Source of the DNA: Octopus sinensis
Lineage: Eukaryota
Length of the DNA: 64,000 nucleotides
NCBI RefSeq assembly: GCF_006345805.1
Contig: NC_042998.1
Span: 192,510,001 to 192,574,000, forward strand
Direction: 5' to 3'
Below the pieces are notes generated by a model. That model saw nothing but the letters and a program-made list of their open reading frames with translations. It did not search any database and was not told the DNA's origin. Both the position numbers and the translations under genes were made by a program. Shown piece by piece: positions 26,325 through 38,359 of the stretch (position 1 is its first letter; each line of letters starts with the position of its first letter).

Positions 26325-26993
26325 AACAAACAAACAATACATTAAAGTTACAGACATTTTACTAAAGCCCTTCAAAATTTTGATTATATTGAAAATTATT
26401 TGAAAATACACGGACCACTTACTCATTAAGAATTATAGTTGTTAAAGTATTATGGTTAACTTATAATGTCCGTACACTCTGTTTCCTTAAATATGATATA
26501 CCTCTGTATAAAATGGCATTGAAATGAGATACTGAGGAAGCCAATATGCATAGCTCAACAAACTAGAAATAGCACGGGAGACATCCTCAAAGCTCACCCT
26601 ATTATCTTAAAAACAGATAAAAGATGTCTCAAAAAAAAAAACAAGATTTCTATCCAGACTGGAACAGCTTTGATCATAACATCAGTTAGACCTGATAACT
26701 AATTTGAACGTACTAAGCAAATGATTTTTTGGAAAATTACCAACATTTAAAGGATGGAAGTTTTCTTTACGAAATACTTTAATTTGGAAGCTCATAATTC
26801 TTTCTATAGAAAGCAGGTGTTTGATACTTGGACAATTTGGCTAATAAGTAGAATTCTATTATAAATTAAGATTAGATTTGGAAATTAAGGATTGAGATTA
26901 ATTATTTAAGTACTTCAAGTGATTCGTAGAAAATTAATATAAAATTCCAAGTACTGGTGACTAATTACATGACCTTTAATGAACAATTAAATA

Positions 26994-27476
26994 AATAAGA
27001 TCTGGTCATCAAATCTAAGTAGAGATTTCAAACTTAAAATCTTCAAAGCCACAGTCGAACCAATTCTACTATATGACTCAGAAACCTGGACATTATCAAA
27101 GAAGCTTGAGAGGCGGTTGGATGGAACTTACACTCGCCTCCTTATGAGAGCTCAAAATCTCTCGTGGAAGCATCATCCAATCAAAGTACAAATATATAGG
27201 AAATTACCACCTGTATCATCTCTTGTGAAAGGTAGAAGAGTCCAGTTTGCTGGACATTGTTGTAGAGCTGAAAACGAGGTAATTTCTACTCTTCTCCTCG
27301 GGAAGCCATCTGCTTGCGATACCAGAGGGCGCACACTCTCCTACCCTGATGTAATCTCCAGGGATACAGGCATCCAGCAACAGGACCTCCGTAATGCTAT
27401 GATGGACCGTGAAGTCTGGCGTAGCATAGTAAATTCCATTGTCTCAACCGCGATCAAACAATGATGATGATGATTA
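26994..27476 (+). mobile_element. 5'-truncated RTE-clade LINE 3' end
   Basis: Open frame KIWSSNLSRDFKLKIFKATVEPILLYDSETWTL...RRVQFAGHC...DREVWR resembles the RTE C-terminal region (LYGSETW, W/FAGH). A stop at 27464 is followed by a (GAT)n tail. Confidence 0.85.
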
Positions 27477-27576
27477 AATGAAAGTTAGATCACCGGTGAG
27501 CAAACCTTGAAACTTGGTTTTGGGTGGTGGTGCTTTTGCTGTTGTTGTTTAGTCCGTGGTTAGCTTCTGATGAGAA

Positions 27577-27677
27577 GGCGGCGAGCTGGCAGAAACGTTA
27601 GCACGCCGGGCGAAATGCTTAGCGGTATTTTGTCTGCGTTATGTTGTCTGCATTATGTTGTGGGTAATAAAGAAATA
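27577..27677 (+). mobile_element. Internally deleted mini SINE-A with 19-bp TSD
   Basis: GGTTAGCTTCTGATGAGAA occurs at 27558-27576 and 27678-27696. Confidence 0.85.
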
Positions 27678-27891
27678 GGTTAGCTTCTGATGAGAATCTC
27701 TATGATTCTTAAAGGCATTCTTGCTGTGATTATCCTGTCTTTTTTCTCTAGGCATAGCAAACCCAGGATTACATTTTCCAAAGTGTTACTTTATGTACTT
27801 TCCATGCTGATATGGGTAGAATAGTTAGACAGGATCCAGCAAGTTGGGGGACCACGTCATGCTCCAGTGTCTCAGCTTTAACACACTGTCT

Positions 27892-28310
27892 GGATCTTTT
27901 CTGTTTGAACGGCAGTTTTTTAAAATAATTTTCATGTAACTAAACACTTTTAAACTTCGTATACTGGTAGAATGTGTTGTATAAAACATCTTTTTCTCTT
28001 GGCTTTATTGAGAAAATTCTATAGTTAGTAAGATATTTGTTGTTTTTTTTTTCTTCAATTTCTGCAATTTCAACCAATCAAAGATGTCTATTGAGGTGAA
28101 AACATTCTGTGCCGTATGAATATGTCCCTCGTTTAAGAAACAGATTGGGTTTATTTACATTTGTGAAGAAAAAAGATACCCATCCCCCTACCCCTAACCC
28201 TAACCCTAAAACAGATTGAAATGCAATAGATCGATACTAGGGTCATAATTATGGGTGACAATTTCATATGACACCGCTAGAAAAAACTGCCGTTCAAACC
28301 GAAAAGATCC
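27892..28310 (-). mobile_element. MITE family I, second copy
   Basis: Same TIRs. Flanks CACTGTCT / CCCTGTCT are an 8-bp TSD with 1 mismatch. Confidence 0.85.
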
Positions 28311-28608
28311 CCCTGTCTAACACCAACTATTTTGCAAGGTGTACTGGATGCTTTTTATCATAATACCAGTGAGAGTACCTCGAAACATATAAGGCTAAAG
28401 GTCTCCTTGCTTGAAAAGGAGAATTGGAGAAAGAGCAGTCATTTCATGCAATGGGTGAAAAATCAATGCAAAATGGGAAGAAATAGGAACAGGTTTGTTA
28501 GAAAGATTCTTGGCTACTTTTCATTTTACATGGACAGGCAAGGGTGGCTGGAGTAGCACCATAAAGAGAGGTATATGTAATAATATTGATGAAATGCTTG
28601 AACATACC

Positions 28609-29025
28609 TATTTCTTTACTACCCACAAGGGGCTAAACACAGAGAGGACAAACAACAACAGACAAACGGATTAAGCCAATTATATCGACCCCAGTGCGTA
28701 ACTGGTACGTATTTAATCGACTCCGAAAGGATGAAAAGCAAAGTCGACCGTGACAGAATTTGAACCCAGAACGTAACAGCAGACAAAATACCTATTTCTT
28801 TACTACCCACAAGGGGCTAAACACAGAGAGGACAAACAAGGACAGACAAATGGATTAAGCCAATTATATCGACCCCAGTGCATAACTGGTACTTAATTTA
28901 TGGACCCCAAAAGGATGAAAGGCAAAGTTGACCTCGGTGGAATTTGAACTCAGAACGTATCGGCAGACGAAATGCCGCTAAGCATTTCGCCCGGCGTGCT
29001 AACGATTCTACCAGCTTGCCGCCTT
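28609..29025 (-). mobile_element. SINE-A dimer
   Basis: Junction at ~28792. GCTTGAACATACC occurs at 28596-28608 and 29039-29051. Confidence 0.85.
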
Positions 29026-29127
29026 TAAAGCATGGTACGCTTGAACATACCATGACGGTAATATGTCCAAGATGTATAGAGGAGGTGAAAGTAGTGAATG
29101 GTGAACAGGAGTAGGGGTGACTGGTAG

Positions 29128-32100
29128 TAAATATGAGTATGAAGATAAGAATGATGGACAGATGTCACGTGAGAAAATTGTGAGTAGCTCAGGGGAGAGC
29201 GAGTAGTGACTGGCAGTACAAAAATTGTGATATGATATGATTAGTAAGAACAGGTTCTAATTTCATTACTTACAGCAGAATAATATAGTTGATAGGAGAG
29301 TGATGGAGGGATTAAGTGATAGGAAATGAGATGTGGGGTTCAGTGTTGCAAGAGCATGATGTGGGGGAATGAGAGATGCATAGAACAGAGTGAGATTGGA
29401 CAATGATAAGAATTATGGTATGCACTTGTGCCCCGTGCTAGTAGGGTGCTAAAAGCACCATCCAAACATGATCGTTGCCAGAGTGGCTAACTGGCTTCCG
29501 TGCCGGTGGCACGTAAAAGGCACCATTCGAGCGTGATCGTTACCAGTGTTGCCTTACTTACACTTGTGCTGGGGGCACGTGTAAAAACATTTGAGTGAGG
29601 TCGTTGCCAGTACTGCCTGACTGGCCCCACTGCCAGTGGCACATAAAAGCACCCACTACATTCTCGGAGTTGTTGGCGTTAGGAAGGGCATCCAGCTGTA
29701 GAAACTCTGCCAGATCAAGATTTGTGCCTGGTGCAGCCATCTGGTTCGCCAGTCCTCAGTCAAACCGTCTAACCCATGCTAGCATGGAAAGCGGACGTTA
29801 AACGATGATGATGACAGGTGGTGGGTTTCAATGGTAAGAATGAGGTATGGGTGATGAAAGGAAAGGACTCAAAAAGAGTCTCAATTATCTAAGTGGAAGG
29901 AAAAGGAAGAGAGAAAATAAGTAAAAACAGCGATTCTAGATTTCACAAGAATGCTAGGTAAAGGTCCCAGTTGTGTGCCCAGTGTGCATACACATGTTTC
30001 CACAACCTGTTGTGTGCATACACATGTTTCCACAACCTCAGTTGTGTGCATACACATTATGCTTTCAGAATTTCATTTATGCCATGTAAGCATAGCTGAG
30101 TGAGTCTTTTCAGGACTGCATATTACCAATCATTTCAGTTCCTTATTATCCCCATCATACTCAACATACTGGGACCAGTCTTTAAACCCCATCTCACATT
30201 TTCCTTAGTCTCACTCTTCCATCGGTTCTGTCATTAAGCATTTCTTTATAAAACAAATCTCATCCATATACAGTCTTATCCATATGCAACAGCCAAACCA
30301 ACACAGTCTTCTCCCATGCAAACACTACCTCTGATTCCTCTTGTATCCAGTTTTTCTCTAAACACATTTGTATTTTGCCATTCATGAACACTGACATTGC
30401 ATATCCAGTAAAGAATGCTTACTTCACATTTGACTAGTCTTTGTAGATCTCCTGTATTCAAGGCTCATGTTTTATTACCAACTAGCATTGCAGTCCTTAC
30501 ACAGCCTTTATACAGCCTGCTTTTCACTCTGAAAGAAAAGCCTTTTTTTCTTTTACTAACGTTAACCCTTTCGTTACTGTATTTATTTTGAGATGCTCTC
30601 TGTTTCTTTGAGTTACTTTAAATACAACAAAGAATTTAGGAAAATAACTTAGTTATCATTCAGCTAGTGTTAAGAACATTAATTGTGACTAAGGTTTGGT
30701 GGAGGATTTTAATTCAAAACTTATGGAAACAAGACATTTGTACTCAGAGCCAGAGCAGGTTTCAGCCGGGTTGGTAACAAAAAGGTTAAATATGTGTATG
30801 AAGATAAGAATGATGGACAGATGTCACATGAGAAAATTGTGAGTAGCTCAGGGGAGAGGAAGTAGTGACTGGCAGTACAAAAATTGTGATATGATATGAT
30901 TAGTAAGAACAGGTTCTAATTTCATTACTTACAGCAGAATAATATAGTTGATAGGAGAGTGATGGAGGGATTAAGTGATAGGAAATGAGATGTGGGGTTC
31001 AGTGTTGCAAGAGCATGATGTGGGGGAATGAGAGATGCATAGAACAGAGTGAGATTGGACAATGATAAGAATTATGGTATGCACTTGTGCCCCGTGCTAG
31101 TAGGGTGCTAAAAGCACCATCCAAACATGATCGTTGCCAGAGTGGCTAACTGGCTTCCGTGCCGGTGGCACGTAAAAGGCACCATTCGAGCGTGATCGTT
31201 ACCAGTGTTGCCTTACTTACACTTGTGCTGGGGGCACGTGTAAAAACATTTGAGTGAGGTCGTTGCCAGTACTGCCTGACTGGCCCCACTGCCAGTGGCA
31301 CATAAAAGCACCCACTACATTCTCGGAGTTGTTGGCGTTAGGAAGGGCATCCAGCTGTAGAAACTCTGCCAGATCAAGATTTGTGCCTGGTGCAGCCATC
31401 TGGTTCGCCAGTCCTCAGTCAAACCGTCTAACCCATGCTAGCATGGAAAGCGGACGTTAAACGATGATGATGACAGGTGGTGGGTTTCAATGGTAAGAAT
31501 GAGGTATGGGTGATGAAAGGAAAGGACTCAAAAAGAGTCTCAATTATCTAAGTGGAAGGAAAAGGAAGAGAGAAAATAAGTAAAAACAGCGATTCTAGAT
31601 TTCACAAGAATGCTAGGTAAAGGTCCCAGTTGTGTGCCCAGTGTGCATACACATGTTTCCACAACCTGTTGTGTGCATACACATGTTTCCACAACCTCAG
31701 TTGTGTGCATACACATTATGCTTTCAGAATTTCATTTATGCCATGTAAGCATAGCTGAGTGAGTCTTTTCAGGACTGCATATTACCAATCATTTCAGTTC
31801 CTTATTATCCCCATCATACTCAACATACTGGGACCAGTCTTTAAACCCCATCTCACATTTTCCTTAGTCTCACTCTTCCATCGGTTCTGTCATTAAGCAT
31901 TTCTTTATAAAACAAATCTCATCCATATACAGTCTTATCCATATGCAACAGCCAAACCAACACAGTCTTCTCCCATGCAAACACTACCTCTGATTCCTCT
32001 TGTATCCAGTTTTTCTCTAAACACATTTGTATTTTGCCATTCATGAACACTGACATTGCATATCCAGTAAAGAATGCTTACTTCACATTTGACTAGTCTT

Positions 32101-32637
32101 TGTAGATCTCCTGTATTCAAGGCTCATGTTTTACTACCAACTAGCATTGCAGTCCTTACACAGCCTTTATACAGCCTGCTTTTCACTCTGAAAGAAAAGC
32201 CTTTTTTTCTTTTACTAACGTTAACCCTTTCGTTACTGTATTTATTTTGAGATGCTCTCTGTTTCTTTGAGTTACTTTAAATATAACAAAGAATTTAGGA
32301 AAATAACTTAGTTATCATTCAGCTAGTGTTAAGAACATTAATTGTGACTAAGGTTTGGTGGAGGATTTTAATTCAAAACTTATGGAAACAAGACATTTGT
32401 ACTCAGAGCCAGAGCAGGTTTCAGCCGGGTTGGTAACAAAAAGGTTAAATATGTGTATGAAGATAAGAATGATGGACAGATGTCACATGAGAAAATTGTG
32501 AGTAGCTCAGGGGAGAGGAAGTAGTGACTGGCAGTACAAAAATTGTGATATGATATGATTTGTAGGAACAAGTTCTAATTTCATTACTTACAGCAGAATA
32601 ATATAGTTGATAGGAGAGTGATGGAGGGATTAAGTGA
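29128..32637. repeat. 1659-bp near-identical tandem duplication (2.1 copies)
   Basis: Duplicated ORFs are offset by exactly 1659 bp (29558/31217, 30276/31935). I noticed only two substitutions in the body. Confidence 0.95.
30110..30545 (-). mobile_element. Decayed RTE-clade LINE 3' fragment (duplicated at 31769-32204)
   Basis: Translates with stops as GFSFRVKSRLYKGCVRTAML...DLQRLVKCEVSILYWICNVSVHE...REKL, an RTE C-terminal pattern. Confidence 0.7.
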
Positions 32638-33116
32638 AAGGTATGCACTCTAAACTTTCCCCAAACTGTCTTTACTCTGGCTACTATTGCTAATTAGGCC
32701 ACATACCCAATAGAAAATATCTACCACCTCTAGGACTCCTCCTGAGCAATTGAGAACATTTATTTCTTGTACACTCTTCGTATTTATCACTGCACATCTG
32801 CCACATACAACATCTGCTTCCTCTGTTAACCTGCCCATGATTTCATTGTATCTCTCGTGTGTCTATTGTTTGCTTGTGGTACACCATGTGGAATTTCTAA
32901 TGTACTCCTATATCATAAATAATAATAATAATCATCATCATAATCTTACAATAATGAGCATTATGACTATCTGTCAGCCTGTTCTCTTTTTACGCTCAAA
33001 CAGCTGGACTAATGATCACAATGTTTTTTAGGATTACAAAGGAGGTAATCAGGAAAGTTTTTTTGTGTAAAAAATGTAAATAAGTATGATTATTTAGTGG
33101 ATATTGAGTTTTGTTG

Positions 33117-33496
33117 TGGAGGCGCAATGGCCCAGTGGTTAGGGCAGCGGACTCGCGGTCATAGGATCGCGGTTTCGATTCCCAGACCAGGCATTGTGAG
33201 TGTTTATTGAGCGAAAACACCTAAAAGTTCCACGAGGCTCCGGCAGGGGATGGTGGTGAACCCTGCTGTACTCTTTCACCACAACTTTCTCTTACTTCCT
33301 GTTTCTGTTGTACCTGTATTTCAAAGGGCCGGCCTTGTCACTCTCTGTGTCACGCTGAATATCCCCGAGAACTACGTTAAGGGTACACGTGTCTGTGGAG
33401 TGCTCGGCCACTTACACGTTAATTTCACGAGCAGGCTGTTCCGTCGATCGGATCAACCGGAACCCTTGTCGTCGGAACCGACGGAGTGCTTCCATC
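33117..33496 (+). mobile_element. SINE family E (tRNA-Arg-like head)
   Basis: GGCGCAATGGCCCAGTGGTTAGGGCAGCGGACTCGCGG...GGTTTCGATTCCC. The first ~170 nt are homologous to family F. Confidence 0.75.
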
Positions 33497-34099
33497 CATT
33501 CCATTGAGTTTTGTACTAATAAATCACCTTTTATTTTATTTATTTTTTTTTTGGTAAAATTCCTGCGAGGATTTATTCTGGATTCCAACCCCACCCCCTA
33601 TCCATCCTGTATAGTTCATGAACTTAGAGGGTTTAGATTTGTGATACTGTCCCCTTATTTCTCATCATAGATGGGCAGATTTGCTGTCTTACTATAATGA
33701 GCATTATGTCCATCTATCTGTCCGTCTGTCCACTTCTTTATTCCCTCTTCTCGGCCAGACATCTGGACCAATGGTTACGATATTTTTCAGGATTACAAAG
33801 ACGGTCGTCAGGAAGGTTTTTAGCATTAAAAAATCAGAAAGTATGATTATTTCGTGGGTATCGATTTTTGAATTGATAAACCACCTTTGCATTTTTATTA
33901 AAAGTTCACTAACCACTAGTAACTCTGGATTCTCATTGTATAGTTGACGAATGGGGTCGCGAGGATAGCAAAAATAAAATGGAAAAAGGGTGTGTCAGTA
34001 TATAGTGTGTATGATTACTTAGTAGTTATTGAAGTGTGTCAGTCTCCAGCAGGATTCAAAACGGCTAATTAAAACAGCTGCTGTTCACATCTCAGTTTT

Positions 34100-34303
34100 G
34101 CCAATCAAAATAACCCATGGTACCAGAACATCCAGACATTATTCGCAGAGAACAGTGAGAAGTAAGTCTTAGTTTTATTTTTTGCAACCCTAAAGATTCC
34201 ACTCATGCATTCACAGAAAACAAGGCACAGGGCCAGACTTTAGATCATGTAGGTGTATTTTTACCCACTCTGATGCTTACACACAGCCAGTTATATGTCA
34301 TTG
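34100..34303 (+). pseudogene. Helitron PIF1-like helicase remnant
   Basis: AFTENKAQGQTLDHVGVFLPTLMLTHSQLYVI resembles the AxTINKxQGQTL...HGQLYVA helicase motifs. Confidence 0.7.
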
Positions 34304-34832
34304 TTAACCCTTTTGTTACCAACCCGGCTGAAACCGGCTCTGGCTCTTTAATACAAATGTCTTGTTTTCATAAGTTTTGAATTAAAATCTTCCACCAAAA
34401 CTTAAGTCACAATTTATGTTCCTGCCGGTGGCACGTAAAAGCACCATCCGTTCGTGTCCGTTGCCAGCATCGCCTGGCCCCGTGCCGGTGACACGTAAAA
34501 GCACCATCCGTTCGTGGCCGTTGTGCCAGCTCTGTCTGGCACCTGTGCAGGTGGCACGTAAAAAACACCCACTACACTCGCAGAGTGGTTGGCGTTAGGA
34601 AGGGCATCCAGCCGTAGAAACACTGCCAAATCTGACTGGGCCTGATGAAGCCTACCGGCTTCACAGACCCCAGTTAAACCATCCAACCCATGCTAGCATG
34701 GAAAACGAACGCTAAATGATGAACACTAACTTAATGATAACTAAGTTATTTTACTAAATTCTTTTGTTATATTCAAAGTAATTGAAAGAAACACAGAGCA
34801 TCTCAAAATAAATACAGTAACGAAAGGGTTAA
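34304..34832 (-). mobile_element. MITE G interrupted by a family C insertion (34424-34721, +)
   Basis: TTAA at 34304 and 34829. The G sequence resumes seamlessly on both sides of the C copy. Confidence 0.85.
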
Positions 34833-35275
34833 ACACTCTCACAATACTGACAAGGGTTTCTAATTCCCTCTCAATTTTGCCATATAGCTTTAGTTGAACC
34901 TTAAATAGCAAATAGTTAACTATTTCCTGGCCTTTTCTTTGGATGTATCCAATTTTTACTTTTCGTCCTAATTCTAGGGAGAGTGAGATAAATGCAATCA
35001 CAGACAGTAGAAGCGGCAGGCTGTCATCTTGGAAGATACTTTGGTCTATTTTGACTTTTCCAAAAGGGTCTCCTCCTAGTTGTTAGTTTTGTTTCCCAAT
35101 TTTCCATGCTTATTCATATCAGTTCGGAGATGTTATTTGCAGTTGAGTAATTGAGTGTCTTGAAAATCCATGAGTTGGGGACTTTGTCATATGCATTTTC
35201 GTTGTCAATCTACCCCTTTGCTATACCAGTTCACCTTCTCTTACGGTTTCTTATAATCATCTCAATTTAGTTGGT
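34833..35275 (-). mobile_element. R4/Dong-type LINE reverse transcriptase remnant
   Basis: Decayed AYDKVPNSWI...IFQDDSLPLLL...INYLLFKVQLKLY (from NHLLFMDDLKLY)...LETLVSIVRVF. Confidence 0.7.
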
Positions 35276-35294
35276 TTTTTTCAATTGTGGGTAA

Positions 35295-35330
<36 letters not shown>

Positions 35331-35331
<1 letters not shown>

Positions 35332-35549
35332 GAGTGAGAGAGCAGTTCATGCCATCAAAGTGACACTGAGGTAAAATATACAAAGCCCAATATACCCATC
35401 ATGACTACCCGTCTGATAAGGGTACACCAGGCACATGCATCACAACCATATGTGCGCGACATGGTGATCTCATATCAAGATAAACAGCACATGACCTTGC
35501 AGGTGGGGCCCAGTTAGAATTTTCTTCAGGTTGAGTAGCCCATCCCGCT
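35331..35549 (-). mobile_element. 5'-truncated family H between (ATT)n tracts
   Basis: Same fixed end as the other H copies, with microsatellite on both sides. Confidence 0.85.
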
Positions 35550-35588
35550 ATTATTATTATTATTATTATGATTATGATTATTATTATT

Positions 35589-35701
<113 letters not shown>

Positions 35702-35989
35702 CATTATTATTATATTTTTTTTCCTTCTTCCTTCAAATTTTCTTCCGTTCTTGCCGAGTGTTTTCCATACACCTAGGGCAGAGAAGCTCATTGTATGCAT
35801 TCCCAGATTACACGCGCAAATTCACAGGTAAAACATGTATTTAAAAAAATTAATAAATAAATAAATTCATGGATGGATGTTGCTTTCACAGCGATAATGC
35901 TCTTCTCAGTACATGAGCGATTCCAGTTAATACAATATTTTGCACCTCCTGTAGGGATGGTAAGCCTGGTATCATTTTCAAATACATTT

Positions 35990-37800
35990 CAGTACCTTTT
36001 TTTATGATAAAGAAGTAGAAATAGCATAAAAGTGATGAATGAATTTGCTAAGAAGAAATGAGAGATTGATATGGGCCATGAATACAGATACTTGCAAGTC
36101 ATGGAAACTAATGGTATAAAGGATGAAGGCGGTGAGCTGGCAGAATCATTAGTGCACTGGATGAAATGCTTAGCGGTATTTCGTCTGCTGTTATGTTCTG
36201 AGTTCAAATTCCGCCGAGGTCGACTTTGCCTTTCATTCTTTTGGGGTCGATTAAATAAGTACCAGTTATGCACTGGGGTTGATATAATCGGCTTAATCCG
36301 TTTGTCTGTCCTTGTTTGTCCTCTCTATGTTTAGCCCCTTGTGGGTAGTAAAGAAATAGGTATTTCTATGCCGTTACGTTCTGAGTTCAAATTCCACCGA
36401 GGTCGACTTTGCCTTTCATCCTTTCGGGGTCGATTAAATAAGTACCAGTTACGCACTAGGGTCGATATAATCGACTTAATCCGTTTGTCTGTCCTTGTTT
36501 GCCCTCTCTGTATTTAGCCCCTTGTTGGGTAGTAAAGAAATAGAAATAGGTATTTCGTTTGCCGTTACGTTCTGAGTTCAAATTCCGCCGAGGTCGACTT
36601 TGCCTTTCATCCTTTCGGGGTCAATAAATTAAGTACCAGTTACGCACTGGGGTCGATATAATCGACTTAATCCATTTGTCTGTCCTTGTTTGTCCTCTCT
36701 GTGTTTAGCCCCTTGTGGGTAGTAAAGAAATGGTTATTTCATCTGCAGCTACGTTCTGAGTTCAAATTCCGCTGAGGTCGACTTTGCCTTTCGGGATCGA
36801 TAAATTAAGTACCAGTTACGCACTGGGTTCGATATAATAAACTTAATCCGTTTGTCTGTCCCTGTTTGTCCTCTCTGTGTTTAGCCCCTTGTGGGTAGTA
36901 AAGAAATAGGTATTACGTCTGCCGTTACGTTCTGAGTTCAAATTCCGCCGAGGTCGACTTTGCCTTTCATCCTTTCGGGGTCAATAAATTAAGTACCAGT
37001 TACGCACTGGGATCGATATAATCGGCTTAATCCGTTTGTCTGTCCTTGTTTGTCCTCTCTGTGTTTAGCCCCCTTGTGGGTAGTAAAGAAATAGGTATAA
37101 AGGATGAAACAATAAAAGATAGTCAGGAAAGAATATTTCCGAGGGATAAAGAAAATAGAAAAATTCAAATTCAAAAGCATTAATACAGAGATGCTGTTCC
37201 ATGAACTCATGAGCCACATTCATCATCAGGTACAGTATCAGAATAGTCAGCTGGACAAAGGAAGACCTTGAGAATGTAAATAGAAAAACAGGGAAATTGT
37301 TGACAATCAAGCAAATGTTTTACACCCTCAAGCAAATGTTGACCAATTTTATTTCAATTGATAATTGTGAAAAACTTGTGGAAGCAGAAATAGAGAAGTA
37401 AAGAAAGTGTGTTGCTGAGAGTGAAGAAATGCTTTTCAAACAGAATTAAGAAGAAGGGATATTTTTTATCTGAAAGAAGAGGAAAAAATAAAACTCTCAA
37501 AGTTAGAAAACAACAATACAGATTGAAAGATTTACGTGGAAAGATTGTTTTCAAAACATTTTTTAAAACATTTTTCAAACTTTGGTAGCAGAAGTAATTT
37601 CAATGACTGAGTCATTTTTCAGTGACCAAGTCATCTTGGTTGTAACTGTGCAGGATCAAACAATCTGAACAGAATATATCAAGAAGGACATAGATAAGAA
37701 AGACACTTGGCTGGATGTAAAATGTGTGGTGAAGAGAAGAGACAGTTCTGCATATAGTCTCTGAATATAAAATATCGGTTCAGAGAGTATGTAAGAATTG
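35990..37800 (+). mobile_element. R4/Dong-type LINE post-RT remnant split by the SINE-A array
   Basis: GHEYRYLQVMETNGIKDE | array | VRKEYFRGIKKI...RYSIRIVSWTKEDLENVNRKTGKLLT...HPQANVDQFY. Confidence 0.7.
36128..37093 (+). mobile_element. SINE-A pentamer (47-nt head + 5 units) in one 15-bp TSD
   Basis: Units start at 36175, 36359, 36549, ~36732 and 36909. GGTATAAAGGATGAA occurs at 36113-36127 and 37094-37108. Confidence 0.9.
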
Positions 37801-37828
37801 AAGACACGGCATTGTTGTTGGAATTATA

Positions 37829-38232
37829 CTCTTTTACTCTTTTACTCTATTATTTGTTTCAGTCATTTGACTGCAGCCATACTGGAGCACTGCCTTTAGT
37901 CGAGCAAATCAACCCCAGGACTTATTCTTTGTAAGCCTAGTACTTATTCTATTGGTCTCTTTTGCCAAACAGCTAAATTATGGGGATGTAAACACACCAG
38001 CATCGGTTGTCAAGCGATGTTGTGGGGGACAAACACAGACACACAAACATATACATACACATACATATATATATATATATACATATATACAACGGGTTTC
38101 TTTCGGTTTCCGTCTACCAAATCCACTCATGAGGCTATAGTAGAAGACACTTGCCCAAGGTGCACGCAGTGGGACTGAACCTGGAACCATGTGGTTGGTA
38201 AGCAAGCTACTTACTGCACTACCACTCCTGCG
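37829..38232 (-). mobile_element. SINE family B, full length
   Basis: Matches the other B copies end to end. Confidence 0.85.
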
Positions 38233-38359
38233 TCTATATACACATGGGACTCAAACTCACAGCTCTTTGTTTTCGAGACAAGATTGCTACCATTACACTA
38301 GCACACCAACCTACATTGGCAAACTTGTAAAAAAAAAGTTATGGATTTGAATATATAGG

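Noticed and set aside
27684-27716. CUGAUGA followed by a GAAUC/GAUUC stem
   Set aside because: GAAA is absent (UUAAAG) and no stem I/III is found. At best a relic.
33117-33195. tRNA genes at SINE heads (also 11375-11447, 39495-39566, 53417-53490)
   Set aside because: Acceptor and anticodon stems do not pair properly, and each continues into a repeat body.
36128-37093. CRISPR-like reading of the regular SINE-A arrays
   Set aside because: Units are ~183 bp and homologous throughout, with no unique spacers, no cas genes, and a eukaryotic context.
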